From contig NIVC01002036.1 of assembly GCA_002269645.1 (NCBI GenBank), positions 62,001 to 126,000 of the forward strand: a DNA stretch of 64,000 bases. The letters are read 5' to 3'. Shown piece by piece: positions 11,428 to 21,204 of the stretch (positions are counted from its first letter, which is position 1; each line of letters begins with the position of its first letter). The position numbers were made by a program, and so were the translations under genes. This DNA is from Macrostomum lignano (lineage: Eukaryota). The notes beneath the pieces were generated by a model. That model was not told where the DNA came from. It made no database searches and was given only the letters and a program-made list of their open reading frames with translations.

Positions 11428-13275
11428 ATGTATTGGAGAGTTGAAGCAATCGAGGAAGTCGGTCACGAGTCCAAAAACCTACCAAAGATGTCAAAAGATC
11501 CAGACATGGTACTTCTGTACTCCGGACAATATCCGAAGTTCGCTGAAGCTCTCAAACACCGTCCGGAGCTGCTGCGGCACAGCGACTGCCGATTCTGCGA
11601 CGGCGTCACCGACGACAGCTCGGAGGCAGATCGGCAGCCCAAGCTGTCGCCGTTCTGCCTCGTGCTGCTCGCTCGGGACGACGAGCTGGCCAGCCGAGCA
11701 GTCGAGCTGGTCGACAGCCTCGGTCTGTGGGACCGCGCCCGCTGCGCCCTGTTCCTCCTGGTGGACTTTTGCTGCTCCAGCCTGGCCAGCCCGACTGACG
11801 AGGCGCAGCTCGCTCGGCTCTTCGCCAGACTGTCGCGCCGGCATCCGGACGCGTGCGCTCGGCTGCTGAGCGAGGAGCTGACGGCCGACTGCCTGACACC
11901 GCTGGAGTACGCGGCGGCCAGGGACTGCTTCCACCTGGCGACAGCGTTCGCCAATGCGCCCGGATACCTGATCAGAGAGCTGGAGCACCCGACCGACCCG
12001 AGCCTGCTGGTCGAGGAGGTCGACCTCAGCCGCTACTCGCACTCATTGAGCGGCAGTCGGTACAACAAGTCGCCATTCATCCAGCTCATCAAGTTTGCGC
12101 AACCTCTGTTAGGAGACACGCTGCAGCCAGGGTTTTTCTGCTTCTTCAGCAGCCCCGTTGCTGCCGCATATTTTCGCAGCTCCTCGAATCTGATGCCAAG
12201 CGGCTACACGGCTGTCATATCGCTCGTATTCTTCACATTTCTGCTGTTCAGCGTCCTGTCCACCTTGATGGTCCGCATCTTCACACGGGACACCTTCAAT
12301 GCCACTGAGCAGGTGCTGCTGCCGGTGCAGTTTAACTACAGCCTGTTCTACCTGAGCGCTGTCCCACCTGACACTCTGCTTGCCTTTCGCTACGTGTATT
12401 ACGCCCGATTTGTCATTCAAAGCCTCAGCGTTCTGTTTTGGTGTGCTTGGTTTGGCGCCATTGTGACTAACAATAACAGCCTGCCGAAGTCGCTGCAGGT
12501 CAACAGGTTCCCCCTGCAGTTGCTGGCTGGCGCGCTCAGCATGAAGAAGTACTTACTGGAGGGCATCGTCAGCATCTTTCTGCTGTGCCAGCTGCTGCTA
12601 GTCGGCTTGGAGGTGATTTTCTTCTCCGACAAGAGCAGCTATTACCAAGTTGACGGTCGCTGGTACGTGGATACTTCAAGGCTGATGCTATTCTTCATTG
12701 TGAACACTTCGTTCATGATGTTGATAATGGTGATGTTCCTGTGCAAATTGTCCTGCTGCAATCTGACAATTTTCTACCTGCTTTACTGCATGAACTCTTC
12801 AACTAAGCTGTTGCTACTAGTTGGGCTACCGCTGCTCCTGGTTGGGCTCACAATGCTGCTCACCCAGCCCTACCTGCTGTGCGAGCACAACTCCTGGTCC
12901 TGCGCTATCGAATACGTCGGTCGAACGTTTCGCTACACGTTCAGCCTGAGCCAGTTTCCCGGCTACAGCGACTACCTGGTGCTGTGGCCGCAGGCTCTCG
13001 TCTACCTGTGCATTGTGGTATTCCTGCTCAACTTTGGCATTGCCCTGCTCACCCAGCAGATCACGCTGCTGCAGGAAGACGTTCAGTTTCGACAGGCCGT
13101 GCTGGCCAACTACTTCGTGGCGCAGTACGCCACCGTCATCTGGCGATTTAAGCGGCACTTTGGCCTGAGAACGGCGCAAGGCGGGGCGAGCGACTTCGTG
13201 GCGCGCAGCGTTCGAACTCGGGTTTCAGGAAAGAATGGGACGGCGCGGAGCCACTGCTGCTGCCTGAAGAACTGA
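11428..13275 (+). CDS. Divergent TRPV-like 6-TM ion channel, paralog B (intronless CDS, 615 aa from first in-frame ATG)
   Basis: Colinear homolog of paralog A: TPLEYAAARDC, TM segments, TFRYTFSLSQFPG, FLLNFGIALLTQQ. Confidence 0.7.
   Translation: MYWRVEAIEEVGHESKNLPKMSKDPDMVLLYSGQYPKFAEALKHRPELLRHSDCRFCDGVTDDSSEADRQPKLSPFCLVLLARDDELASRAVELVDSLGLWDRARCALFLLVDFCCSSLASPTDEAQLARLFARLSRRHPDACARLLSEELTADCLTPLEYAAARDCFHLATAFANAPGYLIRELEHPTDPSLLVEEVDLSRYSHSLSGSRYNKSPFIQLIKFAQPLLGDTLQPGFFCFFSSPVAAAYFRSSSNLMPSGYTAVISLVFFTFLLFSVLSTLMVRIFTRDTFNATEQVLLPVQFNYSLFYLSAVPPDTLLAFRYVYYARFVIQSLSVLFWCAWFGAIVTNNNSLPKSLQVNRFPLQLLAGALSMKKYLLEGIVSIFLLCQLLLVGLEVIFFSDKSSYYQVDGRWYVDTSRLMLFFIVNTSFMMLIMVMFLCKLSCCNLTIFYLLYCMNSSTKLLLLVGLPLLLVGLTMLLTQPYLLCEHNSWSCAIEYVGRTFRYTFSLSQFPGYSDYLVLWPQALVYLCIVVFLLNFGIALLTQQITLLQEDVQFRQAVLANYFVAQYATVIWRFKRHFGLRTAQGGASDFVARSVRTRVSGKNGTARSHCCCLKN
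11560..12038 (+). repeat. Right arm of 479-bp inverted repeat (within channel B CDS)
   Basis: Matches 9800-10278 inverted; mismatches at 11608, 11614, 11981. Confidence 0.97.
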
Positions 13276-14082
13276 GTTTCAAAGTTCCAAGGTTGCTGCG
13301 GGTTTGCGGAGTTTTATTCATCTTTTACTTTCCAAAGACTGCTCAAGTAGAAGGACGGGAAACGATGTTTCTTGGAAAAACTGTAGGAGGCAGGTTTTAC
13401 CGAAAAAATACATTACGGAGATTGGAAGCTTTTTTTCTCAGCACAAAAACTGATAGCTACTGCTTTTGATAGGAGGAAGACCCAATGTTTATCATTTGAT
13501 ATGCTGTGTCTTGCCTTTCTTACAGCTCTATCGATATTCATAAAGCTTTTCGTTTAGAAAATTTATATTTTCTGTGTTAATTTTATATCCTACGTACCAA
13601 TGGCTGAGCAACGAAATGTGTAGCAGAATGATAAAACAGATTCATAAAACCATATATGAGTCCAGTTGTACCGTTTTTGATATTTTAGGCACAGGAAATT
13701 TGCGTGACCTTCTCAAACGATTAACAGCCAGAAGCCGAGTCTCGAAGGCACTTCGTTTCTTTAAATCTGTAAGTGAGTATCTATCATCACACCTGACTCT
13801 TTGATTTCTTGATGACTGTTTTTGGCGCCAGCGAATTTCGAAGAGAGGTTTACTACAGTTTTGTTTAAATATACCATGGAGCTGAAGTCGAAACCAAGCT
13901 ATTTATAGATTTGAACAGAATATTCCAACTATCGATGGAACACCTGCCATAGACATGAGATCTATTGGAATCCATTCAAACTGCCGAACCAGAGCGTTCA
14001 AGTCAGGCGGAACTCATCGGTTTTTGCATCTCAGATGCTTCTAGTTGTCGAGCAAAACCAGCTGCTTGGTGAAACTCTAACG

Positions 14083-14367
14083 ATGTCGGAGCCGCTGCCC
14101 AGCTTCCTATCCGAATGGGATCTGGCCGAGATGAAGGAGGCCTTCTCCATGCTGGACAACACGGGCACGCTGCGAATCCCGGCCAGCATGTTAGTCAACG
14201 CGGCACTGCAGGTGGCCGAGTGTCCGGACCCGAAGCAGGTGTTCCAGCATGTGCAACAGACGCGGCTGTCGCCGCAGGGCAGCATCGATTTCAACAAATT
14301 TGTCGGCTTCATGTGCGGCATGGTGCCGTACGAGCGACCAAGAGATCGCCTCATCAGCTGTCTCAAG
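14083..14367 (+). CDS. Calmodulin/myosin-light-chain-like N-lobe exon 1a
   Basis: MSEPLPSFLSEWDLAEMKEAFSMLDNTG...GSIDFNKFV...RDRLISCLK, phase-0 donor GTTAGA at 14368. Confidence 0.75.
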
Positions 14368-14687
14368 GTTAGAGTGAGAAATGCTTTGTCCAATCAGTGA
14401 ATGGCTGATGCACCGTTTCATTTAGTCACGTGGGGACATTCCAATACAGCACGCACACACTTATGCACTTCTTTCGAGGACCACTAGCAACATATTAATT
14501 AAAACGCTACACTCCACGAGCGAATATTTTTTAATACTAATTACCTGGAAAAAATATACTGCGGAGATAGGAAACAACCAATGATTGCATTCAAGGGCGT
14601 CGCCATGGATTTTATGGTGGGGGGGGACAAAGCCAAGAATTCAACATGTACATGTACATGACTAAATTCTGGCACTCCTTTTAGCGC

Positions 14688-15070
14688 CGCAGGCACTCAT
14701 TTTAGCGCAGCAGGCACTCATTTTAGCGCCGCAGGCACTCATTTTAGCGCAGCAGGCACTCATTTTAGCGCCGCAGGCACTCATTTTAGCGCAGCAGGCA
14801 CTCCTTTTAGCGCAGCAGGCACTCATTTTAGCGCCGCAGGCACTCATTTTAGCGCCGCAGGCACTCATTTTAGCGCCACAGGCACTCATTTTAGCGCCGC
14901 AGGAACTCATTTTAGCGCCGCAGGCACTCATTTTAGCGCCGCAGACATTCCTTTTAGCGCAGCAGGCACTCATTTTAGCGCAACAGGCACTCATTTTAGC
15001 GCCGCAGGCATTCATTCTAGCGCAACGGGCGCTCATTTTAGCGCCGCAGGCACTCATTTCAGCGCCGAAA
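14688..15070. repeat. 21-bp minisatellite
   Basis: GCAGGCACTCATTTTAGCGCC in tandem. Confidence 0.95.
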
Positions 15071-15801
15071 GCGCTATATTTTGGTGGCCCTGAAGAAAAA
15101 TGATTGATTATCACAATGACTCACAAGGTGGGGTGGGGGGTTACAAAGCATTTGGCCCCCCAGCCCCCCAGAGCTTTTACAGAGATTGCACAGCATGTGA
15201 CTCTGTTGTATTTATAGAGTTGTGTAGTGAAAACCTCAATTTCATATTGTTTCCCTTTTATTTCATAAATCATAAGCTATCCAGCTGAAATTTTTGTTCT
15301 GTTCCTTCTTGAATCAAGTGTTGATTTATTTGCAATAAATACTCTTAAGCCTTAATCTTATTGTAGGTATCCGTGCATTTCAATGCATACTAGTAGGTAT
15401 TCTGATTCCTAGACCTGTTTAAGTAATTAAATTCAGACAATTTTTACCCAATATAATTTTCATATTGTTGTTGACCTAGTCTTTAGAAAGTTATCCTTTA
15501 AATTGGCCTTCAAAAATTTACACGACCTTGAGTCGATGCAATTAGTTAAGGACACCTGACAAATGCTTTCGGTTGGGAAGAATTCCTACGCTTTGAGCGC
15601 TTTCTCGCGGATGCATGCTTGCTGGTAAATACGCTGAAGTGCGTTCGCGGTGTTTTCTTTTGGAGCGCTGCCGATGAACTGTCTATGGCCGAACCCAAAA
15701 CTTCAAGAGTTGATCTGCGAGTTTTGTAAGCGTTTCGTTTTCACAGCAACTCTATCAAATAACGTTTGGAATTAAGAGAGACAGCGCTCCGTGTGTAAAC
15801 A

Positions 15802-17140
15802 ATGGCGAGCACAGAGCCGGATGCTGAGCAAGCCAACATTGGCAACAACTTCTCTAGAGAGCCGCTGTTCAAAAGCATGTCCGAGTACGAGCTGGCCGAT
15901 TTGAAGCAGAGCTTTGCCATGTACGACCTGGCCGGGGACCTGTCCATTCCCGGGCTGTGCGTGGCCAGAGCCGTCCGCTACCTGGCCTGCAGTCCCAACA
16001 TCGGCACTTTGCTGGATGCCATCCGAGACTTTGGCATCCAAGACTCGGACCAGGTCAGCTTCGAGGACTATGCCGGCTTGGTGAACAGCTTGACCCCGTT
16101 TGACTCTCGGAGCAGATTGGTGCAGTGCCTGCAGGTGAGGCTGGGGAGCCTGCGGCCGCGTAGAGTAGGAAGAGATTATGGAGCAAGTAAGTACATGTAG
16201 AGGTGAGTAGGGAGTGAGTAGGCAGTGAGTAGGCAGTGAGTAGGGAGTGGGTAGACAGTGAGTAGACAGTGAGTAGGCAGTGAGTAGGTAGTGAGTAGGT
16301 AGTGAGTAGGGAGTGAGTAGGCAGTGAGTAGGCAGTGAGTAGACAGTGGGTAGACAGTGAGTAGGGAGTGAGTAGGCAGTGAGTAGGCAGTGAGTAGGGA
16401 GTGAGTAGGCAGTGAGTAGGCAGTGAGTAACAGTGGGTAGACAGTGGGTAGACAGTGAGTAGACAGTGAGTAGGCAGTGAGTAGGGAGTGAGTAGGCAGT
16501 GAGTAGGGAGTGAATAGGCAATGAATAGGGAGTGAGTAGACAGTGAGTAGGCAGTGAGTAGGCAGTGAGTAGGGAGTGAGTAGACAGTGAGTAGGCAGTG
16601 AGTAGGGGGTGAATAGGCAATGAATAGGGAGTGATTAGGCAGTGAGTAGGGAGTGAATAGGCAATGAATAGGGAGTGAGTAGGCAGTGAGTAGGCAGTGA
16701 GTAGGCAGTGAGTAGGCAGTGAGTAAGGAACCGTGGCTCGCGCACTTTCCCCCGGATAGCCCTGAACAACTCACTACAAAGCGCTTTGAGTTTCACCACA
16801 AGCCGGCTGCATGGACTTTGAACAGCTGATCAGATGCCGCCAAAATTTACAATGCTGCTTGCATTTCTTGCAGTTTTATCGATGTATACTTTATTGCTGC
16901 TTAAATTTTATGTTGCGCAAAGCATCTGTGAGACGGTTTTACAATTGTCATCCGCAATCGCTCCTGCAGGTGCTTGCCCTGAACACGCGCACCATCAGCC
17001 GGGACCTGCTGAGGCGTTCGCTGATGTCGTTCGGCGCCACCATGCCGGAGGAAGAGATCGACGAACTGCTGGCCGGCGTGCCGGCCGACGCCGACGGAAA
17101 CATCGACATTCACCGCATGGCCGACTTTCTGCTCTCCTAG
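15802..17140 (+). CDS. Calmodulin/myosin-light-chain-like gene: N-lobe exon 1b (15802-16134) plus C-lobe exon (16970-17140)
   Basis: SEYELADLKQSFAMYDLAG...QVSFEDY...RSRLVQCLQ|GTGAGG; acceptor CTGCAG|VLALNTRTISRDLLRRSLMSFGATMPEEEIDELLAGVPADADGNIDIHRMADFLLS*; both junctions phase 0. Confidence 0.85.
16203..16725. repeat. 11-bp minisatellite (intronic)
   Basis: AGTGAGTAGG(C/G) in tandem. Confidence 0.95.
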
Positions 17141-17362
17141 ACCCGGGAAACTTAAACGAGAAAGAATTAGTTAAAAAAGAAAAATTCGTATTTACATATT
17201 TGTAATCAATGATCCTGTTAAACAATTTCTGATTAAAGTGCACACCAAAGAAACAGCTGTCGTAACTGAAATTAAATTTACTTTAGTTCAATCGCTTAAA
17301 ATTTTAACTCTTAGACTGGCATGACACCAATAAAATACACGTATACTAGAATGCTCCTTCGT

Positions 17363-17435
17363 GGTCCTGTGGTGTAGTGGTTATCACGTCTGCTTTACAC
17401 GCAGAAGGTCCTCAGTTCGAACCTGGGTAGGGCCA
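17363..17435 (+). tRNA. tRNA-Val (anticodon TAC)
   Basis: Acceptor GGTCCTG/TAGGGCC, anticodon stem TCTGC/GCAGA with loop TTTACAC, T-arm CTCAG-TTCGAAC-CTGGG, 73 nt, followed by a TTTTT Pol III terminator at about 17440. Confidence 0.95.
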
Positions 17436-18960
17436 AACATTTTTGCCGCCGTTTGTTATTTCTATTTTACGTTTGCTTAACAGTTTCTTAGCACTCAAAC
17501 TTGAAAATAAATTTATCCGTGAGTACGACGATAAGCTCTTTACAACTGAGATACTAACGTGTTGAAAATAAAAACACTTTTATGGCTACTCATTCCTAAG
17601 CTTATAACAGCCTGTCCAACCTATAGAGTATAAGTAAACGTAATGGCAGTTGTAGTAAACCAAGTAGTAACTAGTAAGTAGTAAACCAAATCTTGAAATC
17701 TAAAAGCAGCTGCAATATCCAGGTGAATTGTAGCTGAGATGCAAACAGCTTTCTGTTAAATTAGTACAAATATTATTTGCTAATTTGCTAGAAAAATTGG
17801 ATGTTGGACACAATACTTATTTTTTAAAGTCAGTTGCCGATATGTATAGAAAAACAGTTTTTGTAAATTTTTATATATCAGTAAATTCTACTTACAGTAG
17901 AATGATTTGCTTGTTGTTTTTCAATATAAAATCAAAACAAGAAAAGCAATTAGAAGACAAAAATATAATTATTGTTTAAGCTTTTTTATATAAGTTGAAA
18001 GCCGTCTGAGAAGACACGAACTGGCATAATTTATTTGATATAAAAACAAAGCAATATGAAAAATGTAAGCAGATGAAGCAGATAGAGAAAACAACAAACA
18101 GTTTTTTTAAATCCGCGTTTCAGAAGGTAATTCTAACAAAGCGAAGAGTCTGCGTTGCAACCAGCATAAACTATACATAAAAATTGCAGCATTAGGCACT
18201 GCAGTCAATTATGAGGCGACAGACTGAAATTGATAGAGGCGAAAATTTTAAAAGGATTGACAGAGGCCAACGCGAGTTTTAACCTGGTTAAAAAACCTGA
18301 AAAAACGAAATTTGGCCGGACTCGAGACAGGCGTTATTATTTTGTCGTGGAAATAGCAAGCAAGAGAGACTTAAGGCGGTAGAAATCACAGAATAAATAT
18401 TTCAGAATTGCACTTTAATCACGGACAGCAATTCAACCGACGAGGCGTATATTTGGTTAAAAATTAGCTTAAATATATAATGCAACTTCTTACATAAAGT
18501 TTAACGCCGATATGTATCGAAAGTTAACTTTATGGAGCTGTATGTTGCTTAGATTTATAGATTTGAAATTTTCGATTAAATTAAGAAATAGCTGCAACTC
18601 ATGGCGTAAATTTAAAATGATGACTAGTGTTATCTTTATAAAAAATTTTAGCTACTGCTTTGCTTCACTTCAATTTACGCCAGATCACAACGGTGGTCAA
18701 AATAGCCGATATGTATCGTAGTTAACGTAATTAGCTCAACAGGAAACTAGCTCATTTTTTGGCCTCTGAGAAACTGTAAAGAAACCGGCTGTCCAGAGAT
18801 AAAATTGAAACCCTTTTTCGCATTCAACAAAGCAAGGAATAAAGGAATTAAAGCGAAAACCATTATACCTGTTACAGTATTAAACAATAAAATTTATGCT
18901 GCTAGCCTTGCGATTGACAGATAAAAAATATTTAGATAAACTTTGTCCAATGCGATGCTT

Positions 18961-19935
18961 TTACGACTCTGAAGCTGAAGCAGTCACCGTTTTCTGCCTC
19001 TGTTGTTGTTGCTGCTGCTGCTGCTGCTGCTCGGCCTCGTACCTTTGCCTAGCCTCGAGTTCTGCCTCCTGCTCCAGCCTCTCTTTCTCCTCCTCCTCTT
19101 TGATGCGGTGGAACTCACGAATTATATAGCCGTACTTTGGCGTTGTGATGCCCAGAAACCAGGCTACTCGCTCGCCGCAATAGTCAGCTGAGCGGAGCAG
19201 GCCGCGACCGAGCCGGCAGCTGTAGTACCTGCGGGTCAGATGATGAGGTTAAGTCAAGGTAATGTCATATCATATCAAGGTCCTGTCATATCAAGGTCAA
19301 GCCAATTCAGGGTCATATCAAGGTCAAGCCAATTCAGGGTCATATCAAGGTCAAGCCAATTCAGGGTCATATCAAGGTCAAGCCAATTCAGGGTCAGATC
19401 AAGGTCAAGTCAATTCAGGATCAGATCAAGGTCAGGTAAAATCAGGGTCAGCTCAAGGTCATGTCAAATCAGGGTCAGATCAAGGTCAAGTCAAATCAGG
19501 GTCAGATCAAGGTCATGTCAATTCAGGGTCTGATCAAGGTCAAGTCAATTCAGGGTCTGATCAAGGTCAAGTCAATTCAGGGTCTGATCAAGGTCATGTC
19601 AATTCAAGGTCAGATCAAGGTCAGGTAAGTCAAGACCAGGAGTTGTCAGCATACGGGAGCGCAGATACGCCCAGCACAGCTCACCAGAACCAGGGCAGCC
19701 AGGTCAGGCTGTGCGGATCGATTATGCGCTGCGAGTTGGCCGAATTTTTGCCGCCGCGTCGGGTGTGCATCGGCCGGCGAGCGTCGTCGGGCCCGACAAG
19801 CTCGTCGTTGTCAGAGCTAGAGTACTCTTCTAGCACGCCGTCGCTGAAGTACACCAGGCGCTTTGGCTGCTTATTGGGACGCTGCTGCTGCAGCTCCAGC
19901 CTCACATCCGACGCTGAGGTAGCGGAATCTGCCAT
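18961..19935 (-). CDS. FAM177A1: FAM177A-like protein (exons 19685-19935, 18961-19228)
   Basis: KRLVYFSDGVLEEYSSSD...IDPHSLTWLPWFW|YYSCRLG...DYCGERVAWFLGITTPKYGYIIREF matches the FAM177 signature (RRVIHF..GETMEEYS; DFLGEKIASVLGISTPKYQY); phases consistent. Confidence 0.9.
19262..19635. repeat. 27-bp minisatellite (FAM177 intron)
   Basis: TCAAGGTCAAGCCAATTCAGGGTCATA and variants. Confidence 0.95.
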
Positions 19936-20063
19936 CAGTCAGTCAGTCAAGCTGAAAATTGGGAAAATCAGACGGGCTTATCAATTGGCCTTGAAGGTTT
20001 TATCAATTGTTAGTCCATTACGTACGAGTGTAATAAAAGGAATAGCGGAGCTGGACACGAGAG

Positions 20064-20138
20064 GGGATCCGTGGCCTAGCGGTAAACGCGTGCGACTGTG
20101 GCGCCAAAGGTCTTGGGTTCGAATCCGCGACGCTGGCC
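20064..20138 (+). pseudogene. tRNA-like sequence (pseudo-tRNA or SINE head)
   Basis: A-box TGGCCTAGCGG and B-box GGTTCGAATCC present, but acceptor, anticodon and T stems pair poorly. Confidence 0.55.
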
Positions 20139-20209
20139 GCGTTAATTTGGGGTCGAACGCGCAGACTGGGACTTGCGCAATACAACGCTAATGAGAGCGG
20201 ACACTCAGT

Positions 20210-20420
20210 TCAGTGTGTGCACTGCCTAGTGACAGACCGTGTGTGCACTGCCTAGTGACAGACCGTGTGTGCACTGCCTAGTGACAGACCGTGTGTGCAC
20301 TGCCTAGTGACAGACCGTGTGTGCACTGCCTAGTGACAGACAGTGTGTGCACTGCCTAGTGACAGACAGTGTGTGCACTGCCTAGTGACAGACAGTCTGT
20401 GCACTGCCTAGTGACAGACC
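20210..20420. repeat. 26-bp minisatellite
   Basis: GTGTGTGCACTGCCTAGTGACAGACC in tandem. Confidence 0.95.
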
Positions 20421-21204
20421 AGCACTCACAAAGCTTCCAAGAATCAAACTAATGAATGAGAGAAAACAATAAGAAGAGGCGGTTTTCGTCAGTGAACAAA
20501 GCGGTGAAAGGCGGGTATTTTATTCAATTAGATGCAGCATCACAGAAGCATCAGAGACGCAAATTACCTGTCTAGACATTAGAGCACAATGGAACAGAAG
20601 TACAAAGAATACTGCTTGCTGAAAGTCGACCAGATATTGTCAAAATTGAAGGCCATGTATTACAATTTAAGCAATTATGCAAAAAGTACAAAGAGAAACA
20701 CCGAGAGCATAGTGAAACATTTTCATAGTAAATATAAATTAGTAACCTATAGTGTACTACTGCATAACACGCAGAGAATGTGGGAACAATCCAAGTGAAC
20801 TCGCGAGCACAAAATCAAGGAATCCAAGGGGCACAATTGTTCAAGGCGAAAGAGCATCGAGAGGCAGGCAGGGAAGCTCAACTGAGACCTATATTTACAG
20901 CAACAATTGAACTATTAAAATCTATATCAAGATTGAGTAATTTTGCTAGATGAATGACACAGTAAACTTCTTTTGCCTGAACTATTTACTCAATTTACCG
21001 ACATGTATCGAAAGTAAATTTCTGTGTAAGTGAATTGATACACTATTAAGGCCACGGAATGGAATCAGCATCTAAGCCGATATGTATCGAAAGCAGTTTT
21101 TTTCTAACCAGGAATAATCCAGCAGTGATTTAAAAATGACTTTCCGAGAAGAGTTATACCAATCTACCGATATGTATAGAAAACATTTACAAGCCATCGC
21201 CGTA

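Noticed and set aside
14586-15170. G-run/C-run ends around the 21-bp array as a MITE
   Set aside because: No convincing TIR pair or TSD found.
20064-20138. Functional tRNA-His(GTG)
   Set aside because: Acceptor, anticodon and T stems do not pair adequately; kept only as a tRNA-like remnant.
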